Program-made: the position numbers and the translations under genes
The notes under the pieces: generated by a model
Database searches by the model: none
The model's input: only the letters and a program-made list of their open reading frames with translations
Told to the model about the DNA's origin: nothing
NCBI GenBank assembly: GCA_033762295.1
Contig: JANRLW010000009.1
Coordinates: 33,614-97,613 of the forward strand
Direction of reading: 5' to 3'
DNA: 64,000 nt
DNA from: Capsulimonadales bacterium
GTDB taxonomy: Bacteria > Armatimonadota > Armatimonadia > Armatimonadales > Armatimonadaceae
Shown here: positions 39,212 to 48,965 of the stretch, piece after piece
Position numbering within the stretch: the stretch's first letter is position 1
Layout of the letters: every line of letters begins with the position of its first letter

Positions 39212-40954
39212 ATGGCCGCAGCCCTCGGACGCGTCAACGTTCCGCTCCTTCTCCACCGACTGTTCGCGATCGATTTTCGCGCGCTTGGCTGGTTTCGCAT
39301 CGTCCTTGGCCTGATGCTGATCCGCGACTACCTTACCCGGATCCCGGATATCGCGGCCCACTACACGGAGACCGGCGTCATGCCGATCCGCTCCGCGCAG
39401 GCGTACTACAATACCGACTTCCAGGTGTTCGTCTCTCATTACTCCTGGAACGGAAGCTACGAATGGTCGCTCACACTGATGATTCTCGGGATTGTGGCGG
39501 CGATCGTCTTCATTCTCGGGTGGAAAACGCGGCTGGCGACCTTCGTCAGCTGGCTTCTGGTGATCGGCCTGCACACACGGTATCCCCTGGTACAGGAGGG
39601 AAGCGACGTCTACCTGCGGCAGATGCTATTCTGGTCGCTCTTCCTGCCGCTCGGCGCGCGCTATTCGGTCGACGGACTGGCCGCGCAGCATGTCGCCCAT
39701 CATCGTTCGCTGCCCCGGACGGTCCTGTCCGTCGCCTCGGCCGGGCTGCTGCTTCAGGTGGCCATCGTCTACTGGTTCAACGCAATCACCAAAAGCGGCC
39801 CGCAGTGGCGAACCGACTTTACCGCCCTGCACTACGCCCTGAACCTCGAGGCGTTCACCCGCCCCCTGGGACTCTGGTGGCGGGATCATCTGCACTGGAC
39901 GCTGGCCCCGCTGACCATGGCGGTCTTCTATCTGGAAGCCCTGGGGCCGTTTCTCCCGTTCGTTCCCTGGCGCACGGAGTCCGTCCGGGTCTGGGTCGCG
40001 TCCCTGTTCATCACGTTTCACCTGTTCGGAATCGGCCTCCTGATGGATGTCGGAGCCTTCTATTACGTCGCCGCGCTTCCGTGGGTCCTCTATCTGCCGT
40101 CGACGTTCTGGGACCGCTTCGAGCGGATCGGAGGCCGCCTGCCGGCCTCCCACCTGACGAACGCCGCTCGCCACCTGCGGGACGCCTTGATCGACTGGCG
40201 CAGCCGCCGAATCGCCCGCTTGATCGAACAGGGAGCCCCGGTTCCTCGCCTGGGTCTCTCGCTGCCGGGACAGATCGTCGCCTTTTTCTTCCTGAACTAC
40301 ATCGTCCTCTGGAACCTGCACGACTCCGGCGTCACCTGGGCAAACCGTCATCTCCCGCCCGCCAACCGCGAGATCATGTTCCTGACACGGGTCGACCAGT
40401 ACTGGGGGATGTTCGCCCCCTATCCGATGACCGCCGACGCCTGGGTCGTTCTCCCGGCGCTGACCGCCGACGAGACACTGTTCGATCTGTATAAAATGAC
40501 CGCGCCGGTGAACTATGACAAACCCCGATCCGTCAAGGAGTTTTACAGGAACACGCGGTGGCGAAAGTACCTGACCAATCTCTACGAGCCGCGCTTCTCG
40601 AACCAGCGTATCTTCTACTGTCAGTGGCTGGCGCGGGAATGGAATCGCACCCATCACGGCCCTCAGGCCCTGATCTCGTTATGGTACTGCGTCGTTGAGG
40701 AGTTGACCGTTCCCGAGGGCCGGCAACCAAAAAGGACCCTGCGTGTCCTCCATACATACTCGAATCTGGCGGATAAAACCACCGGGCTCCTTCGCGCCGT
40801 GAGCACTCCGGCCAACGGGGAGTACCCACCGGGGACACCGCCGGAACTCATACCGGCCCCGACGTCCGAACCCGCGTCGAAACCCGTAGAAGGAGCCGCG
40901 CCTCATGGCGTTAATCGAAGTACGCAACCTGAGAAAAACCTACAAAAACGGTAA
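39212..40954 (+). CDS. HTTM domain membrane protein
   Basis: IDFRALGWFRI, FLPLGARYSVD, KSGPQW, DQYWGMFAP, RWRKY. Confidence 0.82.
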   Translation: MAAALGRVNVPLLLHRLFAIDFRALGWFRIVLGLMLIRDYLTRIPDIAAHYTETGVMPIRSAQAYYNTDFQVFVSHYSWNGSYEWSLTLMILGIVAAIVFILGWKTRLATFVSWLLVIGLHTRYPLVQEGSDVYLRQMLFWSLFLPLGARYSVDGLAAQHVAHHRSLPRTVLSVASAGLLLQVAIVYWFNAITKSGPQWRTDFTALHYALNLEAFTRPLGLWWRDHLHWTLAPLTMAVFYLEALGPFLPFVPWRTESVRVWVASLFITFHLFGIGLLMDVGAFYYVAALPWVLYLPSTFWDRFERIGGRLPASHLTNAARHLRDALIDWRSRRIARLIEQGAPVPRLGLSLPGQIVAFFFLNYIVLWNLHDSGVTWANRHLPPANREIMFLTRVDQYWGMFAPYPMTADAWVVLPALTADETLFDLYKMTAPVNYDKPRSVKEFYRNTRWRKYLTNLYEPRFSNQRIFYCQWLAREWNRTHHGPQALISLWYCVVEELTVPEGRQPKRTLRVLHTYSNLADKTTGLLRAVSTPANGEYPPGTPPELIPAPTSEPASKPVEGAAPHGVNRSTQPEKNLQKR

Positions 40955-41660
40955 CCTGGACGTCCCGGTTCTGCTCGGAATCGATCTGGAGATCCATCAT
41001 GGCGAGTTCGTCGCCATCATGGGACCGTCCGGTTCCGGCAAATCGACCTTTATGAATATTCTGGGATGTCTGGACCGACCGACCTCCGGACACTACCTGC
41101 TGGAAGGCGAGGATGTCGCCCGCCTGAACGATAACCGTCTGGCGGAGATTCGAAACCAGAAGTTCGGTTTCGTCTTTCAGTCCTTCAACCTCCTGGCCCG
41201 AACGACGGCGCTCAGGAACGTCGAACTTCCGATGCTGTATGCCGGGCGCACCAACCGGGAAGCGCGCGCCAAATGGGCGCTCGAACGGGTCGGTCTCGGC
41301 GACCGGATGCACCACAAGCCGAACGAACTATCGGGCGGACAACAGCAGCGCACCGCCATCGCTCGTGCGCTCGTGAACGACCCCGTCGTCCTGATGGCCG
41401 ACGAACCGACCGGTGCCCTCGATACCCGAACCTCCGTCGAGATCATGGACATCTTTCAGGAACTGAACCGCGAAGGCAAGACCGTCGTCATGGTCACCCA
41501 CGAAATGGATATCGCGCAGCACGCCACGCGAATCATCCGTTTCAAGGATGGACTGATTACCGAGGATTACGAGGTGAAAGACCGCCGGGACGCCCGAATC
41601 GAACTTCAGGAGATCATTCGCGAGCAGGCGGAACGCGACCGGAAACTCGCAGCCCGGTAA
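40905..41660 (+). CDS. ABC ATP-binding protein (MacB/LolD-like)
   Basis: [45 protein letters not shown]. Confidence 0.93.
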   Translation: MALIEVRNLRKTYKNGNLDVPVLLGIDLEIHHGEFVAIMGPSGSGKSTFMNILGCLDRPTSGHYLLEGEDVARLNDNRLAEIRNQKFGFVFQSFNLLARTTALRNVELPMLYAGRTNREARAKWALERVGLGDRMHHKPNELSGGQQQRTAIARALVNDPVVLMADEPTGALDTRTSVEIMDIFQELNREGKTVVMVTHEMDIAQHATRIIRFKDGLITEDYEVKDRRDARIELQEIIREQAERDRKLAAR

Positions 41661-41690
41661 GTCGGCGTAAGTCGGCGTAAGTCGGCGCAA
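41657..41690. repeat. 10-bp tandem repeat GTAAGTCGGC x3
   Basis: read directly; begins at the ABC gene stop codon. Confidence 0.85.
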
Positions 41691-41703
41691 AACCGGAGAA
41701 AAC

Positions 41704-41737
41704 GATCGGCCCGACGGATAGGATCCGTCGGGCCGAT
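41704..41737. terminator. hairpin between convergent genes
   Basis: ATCGGCCCGACGGAT-AGG-ATCCGTCGGGCCGAT. Confidence 0.65.
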
Positions 41738-41755
41738 GCGCTTACAGGGGCTTTC

Positions 41756-44700
41756 TTACTCTCGATCGTCGAAGATATCGTACGCCGCGAGGGGAGAAAG
41801 CGATTCCGTCCCGGCGTTCGGCGTCTCCGTCCCCGGAGCGTCCGGGGCAGCCGGTTCGGCAGGTTCGGCCCGCGTCTCCCCGGTCTCCACGTCCGGCATC
41901 GCTTCCGGCGTTTGCATTGCCGAGTGCGTTGCCGCCTCCGGTTCCTCGCGGACGGAATCCTCCGCGACCGGCGTTTCGGACCGAGCCTCAACGGTCTCGG
42001 TTTCCGGACCCGGTGACTCCGGTATCACGGTCGATCCGCCTTCCTCGCCGTTCGCCAGTTCGTCCTCGACGAAGATTTCACCGGTGTCCGGATCGGGCAG
42101 GGTCACGGGATTCGATTCCACCGTGATATCCGCCGAACCAAACCGCCGACCGCGTCGCGCGCCGCTTCGACGGGACCGCTGCCGTCCGCGCGCCGATTCC
42201 TCCGGCATCTCGACCTCGGTGAGGGCGTTATCCGCCAGTGGCAGGAACTCCTCCGGAATGGGCAGGGCATCGGTATCGGCCGGCAGATCGGAGAGCGGCA
42301 GGAGTTCCTCAAGCGACGGACGCACTCGCTGCCCGGCATCCGGAACCTCCTCCTCCTCGTCCTCCTCCTCGGCCTCACCGGGACCGGACCCGACCGGGGC
42401 GTCGGTCAATTCGCCGTCGCGATCCCCTTTCCCCCGGCGACGGCGACGGCGGCGACGTTTCCGACCGGCGTCTCCCGCGTCCGCAGTCACCGGAGATGCT
42501 TCCACATCGTCCGTTTCGATATCGGCCTCGTCCTCCGGGTCAGCGAACGTCTCCCCGGCCAGCGCGGCGCGAAACAGGGCGTCGTCGTCGCCCACGTACG
42601 CCGGAACGCTCGGAGCCTCCTCGAACATGGGCTGCGGCAGACCCGGCAGTTCGGCACGGGTCAGGCCCGCCGGACCGTTTCTCGGGTCGATACCGAAACG
42701 GGCAACCTCCTCCGCCGACCCGAAATACAGGAGGCGGGTGCCCCGCGGCGGCATGGATAACCGGGCGCCGAACCCATCGGCAGCCAGCGTTTCTCCGGTC
42801 AGCAGGTCCGCCAGCACGCTTTCCTGCGGCAGATAGACGGTGGTGCCCCCGCCCGGAGCCGAATGCAGACAGATCATGGAATCGCCGACCCAGGCGACAT
42901 CGTCATCGGCGGTAAAGGCGGCGACCCCGGCAAGTCGGTATAATCCCCGCAACAACGGCAGGGGAAGCGTCCTTTCTCCGATAAAAACGGACTGCCACCG
43001 AGGATGCTTCCGAACCGTCAGCGAGGGCATGCCGTTGGCGGCATACTCGCCCAGCGCCTGCGCTTTGGTATCGGCGACGTAATAGGACGGGTTGATTCGC
43101 GCCTCGTCGCCCAGCCGCTGACCGCGCAGGGCATCGATCAAGGGAGACCGGGCGCTGCTCGAAATCTGGGTTCCCATCTTGGAACCCCAGGGCTGGAGCC
43201 GGATGGCGATCCCGAGAACGTCCGTCAACTCGGACAGGTTTTCCTCCAGCGCGCCCGGCCCGTAGACCCAGGCCAGTGTCCGCCCGTTCTTCTGGAACCG
43301 TTCCCGAATCACGCTCCGGATCGCTTCCGGAATCCGGAAGGCATTGAGGAAGAGCAGCAGACGTACCGACTCGGGAAACTCCGGCTTCACCAGGTCCGAG
43401 AGGAGATAGAACCCGAGCCTTGCGCCGGAACGCAAGAGGGCATCCCGCTGACCGGTCACCAGATCGCCGAGGAGCGATTCATCGGCCCGCACATCGAAGA
43501 ACGACCGCTCATCCACAATCACCGCCACATCCGGCTCCGGGAACGGTTTTCGTGCAGGGTCACGGCGCAGGGCGGCGACGGACTCGGCGACCGATCGCAA
43601 CCGACCGATCCGCTGCCATAGTTCCCGGTCCTCGAGCCACCCCTGACCCCACAGGTCCATATAGGAGATGCCCGCTCCCCGGGTGAGAGCCGCCCCGAAG
43701 TTCCGGCTGTGTACCGCCCAGGTGCTTTCCGGGCTTTCGATTCTCGGATTGTAGGTATCCGGAGTGTCATCCGCCGACAGGTGCGTTTTGGTATCGTCCT
43801 CGGAGACCCAGAGTTTGCCCGCCAGATGGATCGAATCGAGCAGAACCGGCACCGGCGCGGAGCCACCCGGCAGACGATCGCCGTAGGACAGCGGACCGGT
43901 CAGGATATCGACAAACGGTGAACGAAGGAGCGTTCCGAGGGCAAGATGCCCGGAGGCGGATCGCGGCAACTCCAGTGTGTAACCGTAGGAAACCGCCACG
44001 GCGGACCGGTTGCCACTCGCCTCCTTGATCGCCTTGCCCAGGTTCAGGATCACACCGGCGACGACGTCGCTGGCGTATTCATGGTAATCGCGGTACCGCT
44101 GTTCACGCCGGGAAAAGAAGAGCGTCGGCCCGGAAGGCGGGGGGAAATCGGGGATCTCCGCCTGATCGAAGGTGACCGCCGTATCGAACCAGGAGGCGCG
44201 CAGGGCGACGAGGTTGTTTCGATATCGCTGACGAAGCCAGGCGCGGAACCCCTGACGGTTCGCGTCGCAAATATCGTAACCGCGCCCCTTTTCATAGAAC
44301 CATTCGCCATGTTCGAGATAGAACCCGAAAACGTTCCCGGCATAAGGCCCCTGGGCGATATGCTCCACCGCCGCCCGTAACGCCTCCTCCGCGTCACCGC
44401 TCCAGAAGGCTTCGGAGGCGATCGAAACGTCCCCGACCTCACCGTCCGCGTACCGGATCATTTCGGCGTCGTGCTGCTTGATCCACGCGGAAGTGGGCGA
44501 GAAGATCAGTCGCGGGAGGATGAACGCGCCCGGAGCGTTGTCCGCAATCAACTGAAGCGCGCTGTCCAGCGGATCGAAACGACGCTCACCGGTCCGCCCT
44601 TTCCAGGGCAGATGGGTCAGAATCGTGAACAACCGGACTCCCGCATCATAGGCGAGGCGGATCTGGCGCACGGCGACATCCGGGGACTCCGCATCCTCCG

Positions 44701-46183
44701 TGTTGACGAAAAACAGCACGGGTACCTGCGGTTCTCCGCCGATCTCCAGTTCGGGCACGTTGTTCCGGCGCACGATTTTGGTTTCCGGCAGTCGCGCCAG
44801 GGTCTCGGCGGGCAGCGGCTGATACCGGGGCGGCAACGGCTCCGGAGCGGCGACTGCGGGAACGCTCGGTACGGGAGTGACCGCCGGTCGGTTGACGGTG
44901 CGACGAAGTCCCCGGACCCGCTGTCGTGTCGGCGTCTCCCCTTCCGCTTCCGGCGCAGGGGTAGCGGCCGGAGCGACCGGCGCGGAGGTGGTCGTCGGAG
45001 GCGCGGGCGGGTCCGAACGTACGGGAAGACGACGGCGTTGTCCGCGCACTCGCTGCGGCACCGGCGTTTCGGACGCCGTTCCGGACAAAGGCGCGGCTTC
45101 CCCGGACGGCGGTACGGCCTCCGTCGGTCGGGCGGCGGTTGCCCCGCTGTCCTCGCCCTTCCGTGTTCGCGTCCGGTTGCGGCGGCGTGACCGGCTCGTT
45201 TCGCCCGTCGCCGTCGGTTCCATGGCCGGCGTCACCTCCGTTTCGGCTGTGACCTCCGGAGCGGACTCCGCGGGCGTCTCGATGGCCGGGGTTTCGTTTG
45301 CGGTCTCCGGCGTTTCGAGCACCGCTTCCGGGAGCGTCGTTTCCGCCGCACCCTCTGCGGATTCTTCAATGGCGGCTACTGGCAGGACTTCGTCGGCGGG
45401 AGCGAGATCCGTGCCTTCCTCCGGCGACGTTGCCCTCTCCGAAGACTCGACCGAAGGTAACTCGACCGAAGGTAGCTCGACCGAAGGTAACTCGACCGAC
45501 GGCTCCGGGACGGCGGAAGTCTCGGACTCCGCGACCGGGGTTCCGGCGTCCGGAATTGCCGCTTCGGCGGCGGATTCGAGCGTCACTTCAGCGGGCATCA
45601 CTTCCGCCGACGTCGCTTCCGCCGACGTCGCTACCGCGGGCAACGTTTCAGCGGGCATCGCTTCCGCGGGCATCGCTTCCGCGGGCAACGTGTCCGGAGT
45701 GGTTTTCGCCGTTCGCTTGGAGGTCCGCCGGCTTTTGGCCGGCTTTTCCGGAGTCGGCTCGGGCACAGGGTCGCCCGTCGGCGGGGCGGCCTCCGGTGTC
45801 GCCTCCGCCGGACTTTCGGCCGTCTCGGCCGTCTCGGCGGACCGGGCCGAGCGAACCGCTGTCCGGTGCCGCCGGGGCGGTGGCGTTTCGGCCGGGGCGG
45901 CGGTTTCGCCGTTCTCCGGTTCCGGGGTCGGGGCGGTCCCCGGCAACAGATTGATTCCGGGACGTCGTCCTTCCGTTCGTCGGCGACCGCCCGACGGTTT
46001 CTTTCCGGCCGGAGGCGTCGTGGTATCGGTCGCCGACGCCTCCGCCAGGTTCGTTACGGACGGGGCGTCGGTCTGCGAGTCCGGCTCAGACCCGGCAGGA
46101 GAGTTATCAAGGGAATCTTCGGGTGTGTTGGCGGAGCCATTGGCTCCATCATCAGGTGCGTCGGCATTTCGCCTGCGGCGCAT
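41756..46183 (-). CDS. GH42/beta-galactosidase-like domain protein with long disordered N- and C-terminal arms
   Basis: GAGGAG RBS; central folded region (HGEWFY, FRAWLRQRY..L...W, YGYTLE, SEDDTKT, PDVAVIVDE); P/E/A/T-rich arms with Arg clusters. Confidence 0.7.
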   Translation of the reverse strand: MRRRRNADAPDDGANGSANTPEDSLDNSPAGSEPDSQTDAPSVTNLAEASATDTTTPPAGKKPSGGRRRTEGRRPGINLLPGTAPTPEPENGETAAPAETPPPRRHRTAVRSARSAETAETAESPAEATPEAAPPTGDPVPEPTPEKPAKSRRTSKRTAKTTPDTLPAEAMPAEAMPAETLPAVATSAEATSAEVMPAEVTLESAAEAAIPDAGTPVAESETSAVPEPSVELPSVELPSVELPSVESSERATSPEEGTDLAPADEVLPVAAIEESAEGAAETTLPEAVLETPETANETPAIETPAESAPEVTAETEVTPAMEPTATGETSRSRRRNRTRTRKGEDSGATAARPTEAVPPSGEAAPLSGTASETPVPQRVRGQRRRLPVRSDPPAPPTTTSAPVAPAATPAPEAEGETPTRQRVRGLRRTVNRPAVTPVPSVPAVAAPEPLPPRYQPLPAETLARLPETKIVRRNNVPELEIGGEPQVPVLFFVNTEDAESPDVAVRQIRLAYDAGVRLFTILTHLPWKGRTGERRFDPLDSALQLIADNAPGAFILPRLIFSPTSAWIKQHDAEMIRYADGEVGDVSIASEAFWSGDAEEALRAAVEHIAQGPYAGNVFGFYLEHGEWFYEKGRGYDICDANRQGFRAWLRQRYRNNLVALRASWFDTAVTFDQAEIPDFPPPSGPTLFFSRREQRYRDYHEYASDVVAGVILNLGKAIKEASGNRSAVAVSYGYTLELPRSASGHLALGTLLRSPFVDILTGPLSYGDRLPGGSAPVPVLLDSIHLAGKLWVSEDDTKTHLSADDTPDTYNPRIESPESTWAVHSRNFGAALTRGAGISYMDLWGQGWLEDRELWQRIGRLRSVAESVAALRRDPARKPFPEPDVAVIVDERSFFDVRADESLLGDLVTGQRDALLRSGARLGFYLLSDLVKPEFPESVRLLLFLNAFRIPEAIRSVIRERFQKNGRTLAWVYGPGALEENLSELTDVLGIAIRLQPWGSKMGTQISSSARSPLIDALRGQRLGDEARINPSYYVADTKAQALGEYAANGMPSLTVRKHPRWQSVFIGERTLPLPLLRGLYRLAGVAAFTADDDVAWVGDSMICLHSAPGGGTTVYLPQESVLADLLTGETLAADGFGARLSMPPRGTRLLYFGSAEEVARFGIDPRNGPAGLTRAELPGLPQPMFEEAPSVPAYVGDDDALFRAALAGETFADPEDEADIETDDVEASPVTADAGDAGRKRRRRRRRRGKGDRDGELTDAPVGSGPGEAEEEDEEEEVPDAGQRVRPSLEELLPLSDLPADTDALPIPEEFLPLADNALTEVEMPEESARGRQRSRRSGARRGRRFGSADITVESNPVTLPDPDTGEIFVEDELANGEEGGSTVIPESPGPETETVEARSETPVAEDSVREEPEAATHSAMQTPEAMPDVETGETRAEPAEPAAPDAPGTETPNAGTESLSPLAAYDIFDDRE
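45446..45499. repeat. 15-bp coding tandem repeat (PSVEL)n
   Basis: CTCGACCGAAGGTAR x3.6. Confidence 0.85.
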
Positions 46184-46595
46184 CGGGTTACAGCTCCTCG
46201 TTCTTCGCGGTCCGCATTGCCCGAAAACACGCCGACGGGGCACCGGAAACGCACATCCTGAATAATTCCGGAGGGCAGGGTCTCAACAGTGTCGTCCGCT
46301 ATGGCAACGCTTTTCCGCAGCGTAAAATGACAAAAAGTACGTTCGGAACCTCCCGTCGACACCGGTCCGAGTTATCGGCACGGATGGTTGCGGGGGACGA
46401 GAGGATGCAGGTGCTTCTCTTTCGAAAGACGATCTGCAAGCGGAAACGTCGATCGGCCCGCCAGGCGGCCCTCGTATCCTGTTCCGCAAGCAGTATACCA
46501 CAGTCGAACTCCGGACCGGTGCCCCTTGTCACGGATTTCATTCCGCCGCGATACGTTTGCCGGTGAGAAGGTTTTGTGATATTTTTGAGAGGCGG

Positions 46596-46919
46596 GCCCA
46601 GGTGGTGAAACGGTAGACACTGGGGACTTAGAAATTGAGCCATATCGCGGGAAACCCGATATGGGATGGAGCCAAAGTCGGTGAACCCTTCCCGTCGCGC
46701 AGGCGACGAATGGCAACGCCGAGCTAAGGCCGAGAGTGTCCGATCAGAACCGGATAACTCTCGGCAAAGTGTAGAGACGAGATGGTTCCCTCCTAAACCC
46801 AAAAGACGGGCAGGGAGAAGGCATCGTCCGGACCACGAACGACAACGGCGGCGAAAGCCGAAGTGGTGCGAAAATCCCTTGCCGGCAACGGCGTGCAGGT
46901 TCGAGTCCTGTCCTGGGCA
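46596..46919 (+). tRNA. trnL: tRNA-Leu(UAA), split by a group I intron (exons 46596-46629 and 46871-46919)
   Basis: acceptor GCCCAGG/CCTGGGC-A; D arm GTGAAACGGTAGACAC; anticodon stem GGGGA/TCCCT; spliced loop CT-TAA-AA; long variable arm; GGTTCGAGTCC; CCA not encoded. Confidence 0.93.
46630..46870 (+). ncRNA. group I self-splicing intron, 241 nt, ORF-less
   Basis: 5' exon ends in U and intron ends in G; IGS-like TTGAGCC; P AAAGTCGGTGAA, Q GGCAACGCCGAGCTAA, R GTGTAGAGACGAGATGG, S GAAGGCATCGTCC resemble the trnL(UAA) intron core. Confidence 0.9.
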
Positions 46920-46945
46920 TCCGGTCTCCCCCCAATGCCGCACCG

Positions 46946-48037
46946 TTACGTCCGATCGATCATCTCCCTCTTTCGCGTCGTCTCCGCCCCCGTTTCCGCT
47001 GCCGTCTCCTCGAAACCGATCGTCTCACTGACAATATAGAGAGGACGCCCCTTCACCTCATCGTAAATGCGCCCGATGTACTCGCCGATAAATCCGAGCG
47101 TGATCAACTGAACTCCCGACAGGAAGGACAGGATGACGATGATGCTCGACCAACCCGGCTGCAGGGTCGCGTCCTTAAGGGCAAACCGGACAATCGTGAT
47201 CAGGCCGTACAGAATGGACAATCCCGCGATCGTCCAGCCTAGCTGCGAAGCCACCTTCAAGGGGGCGGTGGAAAAGGCGCAGATGGCATCGGTCGCCAGA
47301 CGAAACATCTTCCGGAACGGGTACTTCGTCTTTCCGGCCGCACGCGCATCCCGCCGGTACGGCAACGCCTTTTGCCGGAAGCCGACCCAGGCCGCCATAC
47401 CGCGCAGAAAACGGTGGTGCTCCCCCATCGAGTTCAAAGCATCCACCACCTTGCGATCCATCAGTCGGAAATCGCCCGTGTCCGCCGGGATATGGACGCT
47501 GGTCAGCCGCTGCAGCAGGCGATAGAACGCCGCCGCCGTCACCCGCTTGAACCAGGTCTCCCCCTGACGTTCGGTCCGCAGACCGTAAACGACCTCCCAT
47601 CCCTCGCGCCAGAGCGCCACCATCTGCGGGAGAAGTTCCGGCGGGTCCTGCAGGTCCGCATCGAGGAGGATCACCGCCTGCCCGCGCGCGTAACGCATTC
47701 CCGCCGTCACCGCCACCTGATGACCGAAGTTCCGGGAAAAGGCAATGACTTTCATGTAAGGGCGTGTCGCCGTGTACTCCCGAAGAAGATCGACCGACCG
47801 ATCCCGCGAACCGTCGTTCACGAACACCGTTTCCGTCGGCCCGACGTTTCTTTCCAGGTCGCGAACCACCGTATCCAGACGCTCGATCAGTTGCGGGAGG
47901 ACCTCCTCCTCGTTGAAAATCGGGAACACCAGCGACAGAACCGGGACCGTCCGTACGCCGTTCGGTCGGTCCTCCCCGGCCGCAGGTCGATTTCCGGCGG
48001 TTATGTCGGTTTCGGGAAGCGGAAACACCCTGTTCAT
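46946..48037 (-). CDS. GT2 polyprenol-phosphate glycosyltransferase (GtrB-like)
   Basis: PIFNEE, VNDGSRD, RNFGHQ, DADLQDPP, TGDFRLMDR, two C-terminal TM, GEYIGRIY. Confidence 0.92.
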   Translation of the reverse strand: MNRVFPLPETDITAGNRPAAGEDRPNGVRTVPVLSLVFPIFNEEEVLPQLIERLDTVVRDLERNVGPTETVFVNDGSRDRSVDLLREYTATRPYMKVIAFSRNFGHQVAVTAGMRYARGQAVILLDADLQDPPELLPQMVALWREGWEVVYGLRTERQGETWFKRVTAAAFYRLLQRLTSVHIPADTGDFRLMDRKVVDALNSMGEHHRFLRGMAAWVGFRQKALPYRRDARAAGKTKYPFRKMFRLATDAICAFSTAPLKVASQLGWTIAGLSILYGLITIVRFALKDATLQPGWSSIIVILSFLSGVQLITLGFIGEYIGRIYDEVKGRPLYIVSETIGFEETAAETGAETTRKREMIDRT

Positions 48038-48156
48038 AGTGAAAAGTCTATCATGTAAGCCTGAAGGAATCGTGAAGGCGACCGACCGAGAAATGCCCGT
48101 ACGCTATCGCGCGGCGAATATTTAATTTTCATAAAATTTCCGACGATCGACGGTCG

Positions 48157-48172
48157 TGGCACGTATTCTGCG
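48157..48172 (+). promoter_or_regulatory. sigma54 (-24/-12) promoter of PYP block 1
   Basis: TGGCACGTATTCTGCG: GG-N10-GC, with an AT-rich tract at 48117-48140. Confidence 0.75.
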
Positions 48173-48232
48173 CGGCAACATTGGCGTTAACGTTCAGTTT
48201 TGCTGATTAGAAAGGCGGACCCTGACAATCCG

Positions 48233-48892
48233 ATGTCAGAGAACGCGTGCCGAAACACGGCAGAGACCGAAACCGGGGAACTGTCTCTGCCCGCTCTCGT
48301 TGAAAACTCCCCGGATCTCCGTGACCAATGGAACCGCTGTCTGAACGGCTATGCCGGTTCGACGCCCATCCAGCGTCAGGACCTTCTAAACTTTGTTGCT
48401 TCGTTGCGATCGGAATTCCTTCAGACCCTGGAACTGGTTACCGATCCGACCGAGCGTGAATGGCTGACATCGCTGTTTTACGCGCAGTTGAAGTGTCAGT
48501 GGACCATCGCCAACCTTCGCTCCGGATACCTCGCGGCCCGTGGGCGGATCGACTCCCGCGGCATCTGCCGGTCCGGGCTTCTGGCCGCGCTACTCGGCTG
48601 GGTGGAACCGGCCCTGTCCGAACCCATGGTCGAGGCGATCACGGACTTTCTATCACAACCGGTCCACCTGAACCGACAGGACCCCGACGAGGTCCGATTC
48701 CTTCGTGAACGCCTGGCGGTCCTCGAAAAAACCTCGGAGGAGCGTGAATCCGGCCTCCGGACGGCGTTCGGCACGACCGATATCGAACTCATCCGGGCAT
48801 CGGTCGAGGTGTCGGCGCAGACCGCGGACCTGTTGGCGGCGCTCGACCGGGGACTTGCCGACATGGAACGGTTTATCGGAAGTCCTGCCTGA
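48233..48892 (+). CDS. PYP-associated hypothetical protein, family A copy 1
   Basis: paralog of 50510..51223 (PDL..W..CL.GY, LK.QWTI.NLRSGYL.ARG.ID, CR.GLL.ALL..VE, FGT.D). Confidence 0.8.
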   Translation: MSENACRNTAETETGELSLPALVENSPDLRDQWNRCLNGYAGSTPIQRQDLLNFVASLRSEFLQTLELVTDPTEREWLTSLFYAQLKCQWTIANLRSGYLAARGRIDSRGICRSGLLAALLGWVEPALSEPMVEAITDFLSQPVHLNRQDPDEVRFLRERLAVLEKTSEERESGLRTAFGTTDIELIRASVEVSAQTADLLAALDRGLADMERFIGSPA

Positions 48893-48965
48893 TTACAGGG
48901 ACTTACCTCACTTCGGACATTCGCACACGCTTTGCTGAACCGATTAATGTTGAAAGGATGTGCTG

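Noticed and set aside
41657..45690. Short tandem repeats as a possible CRISPR array
   Set aside because: Units of 10-15 bp, adjacent without unique spacers; no cas genes. The Cas4-like cysteines belong to the helicase fusion
46299..47031. ORFs overlapping the tRNA/intron as a homing endonuclease
   Set aside because: The intron is only 241 nt and shows no LAGLIDADG, HNH or GIY-YIG motif
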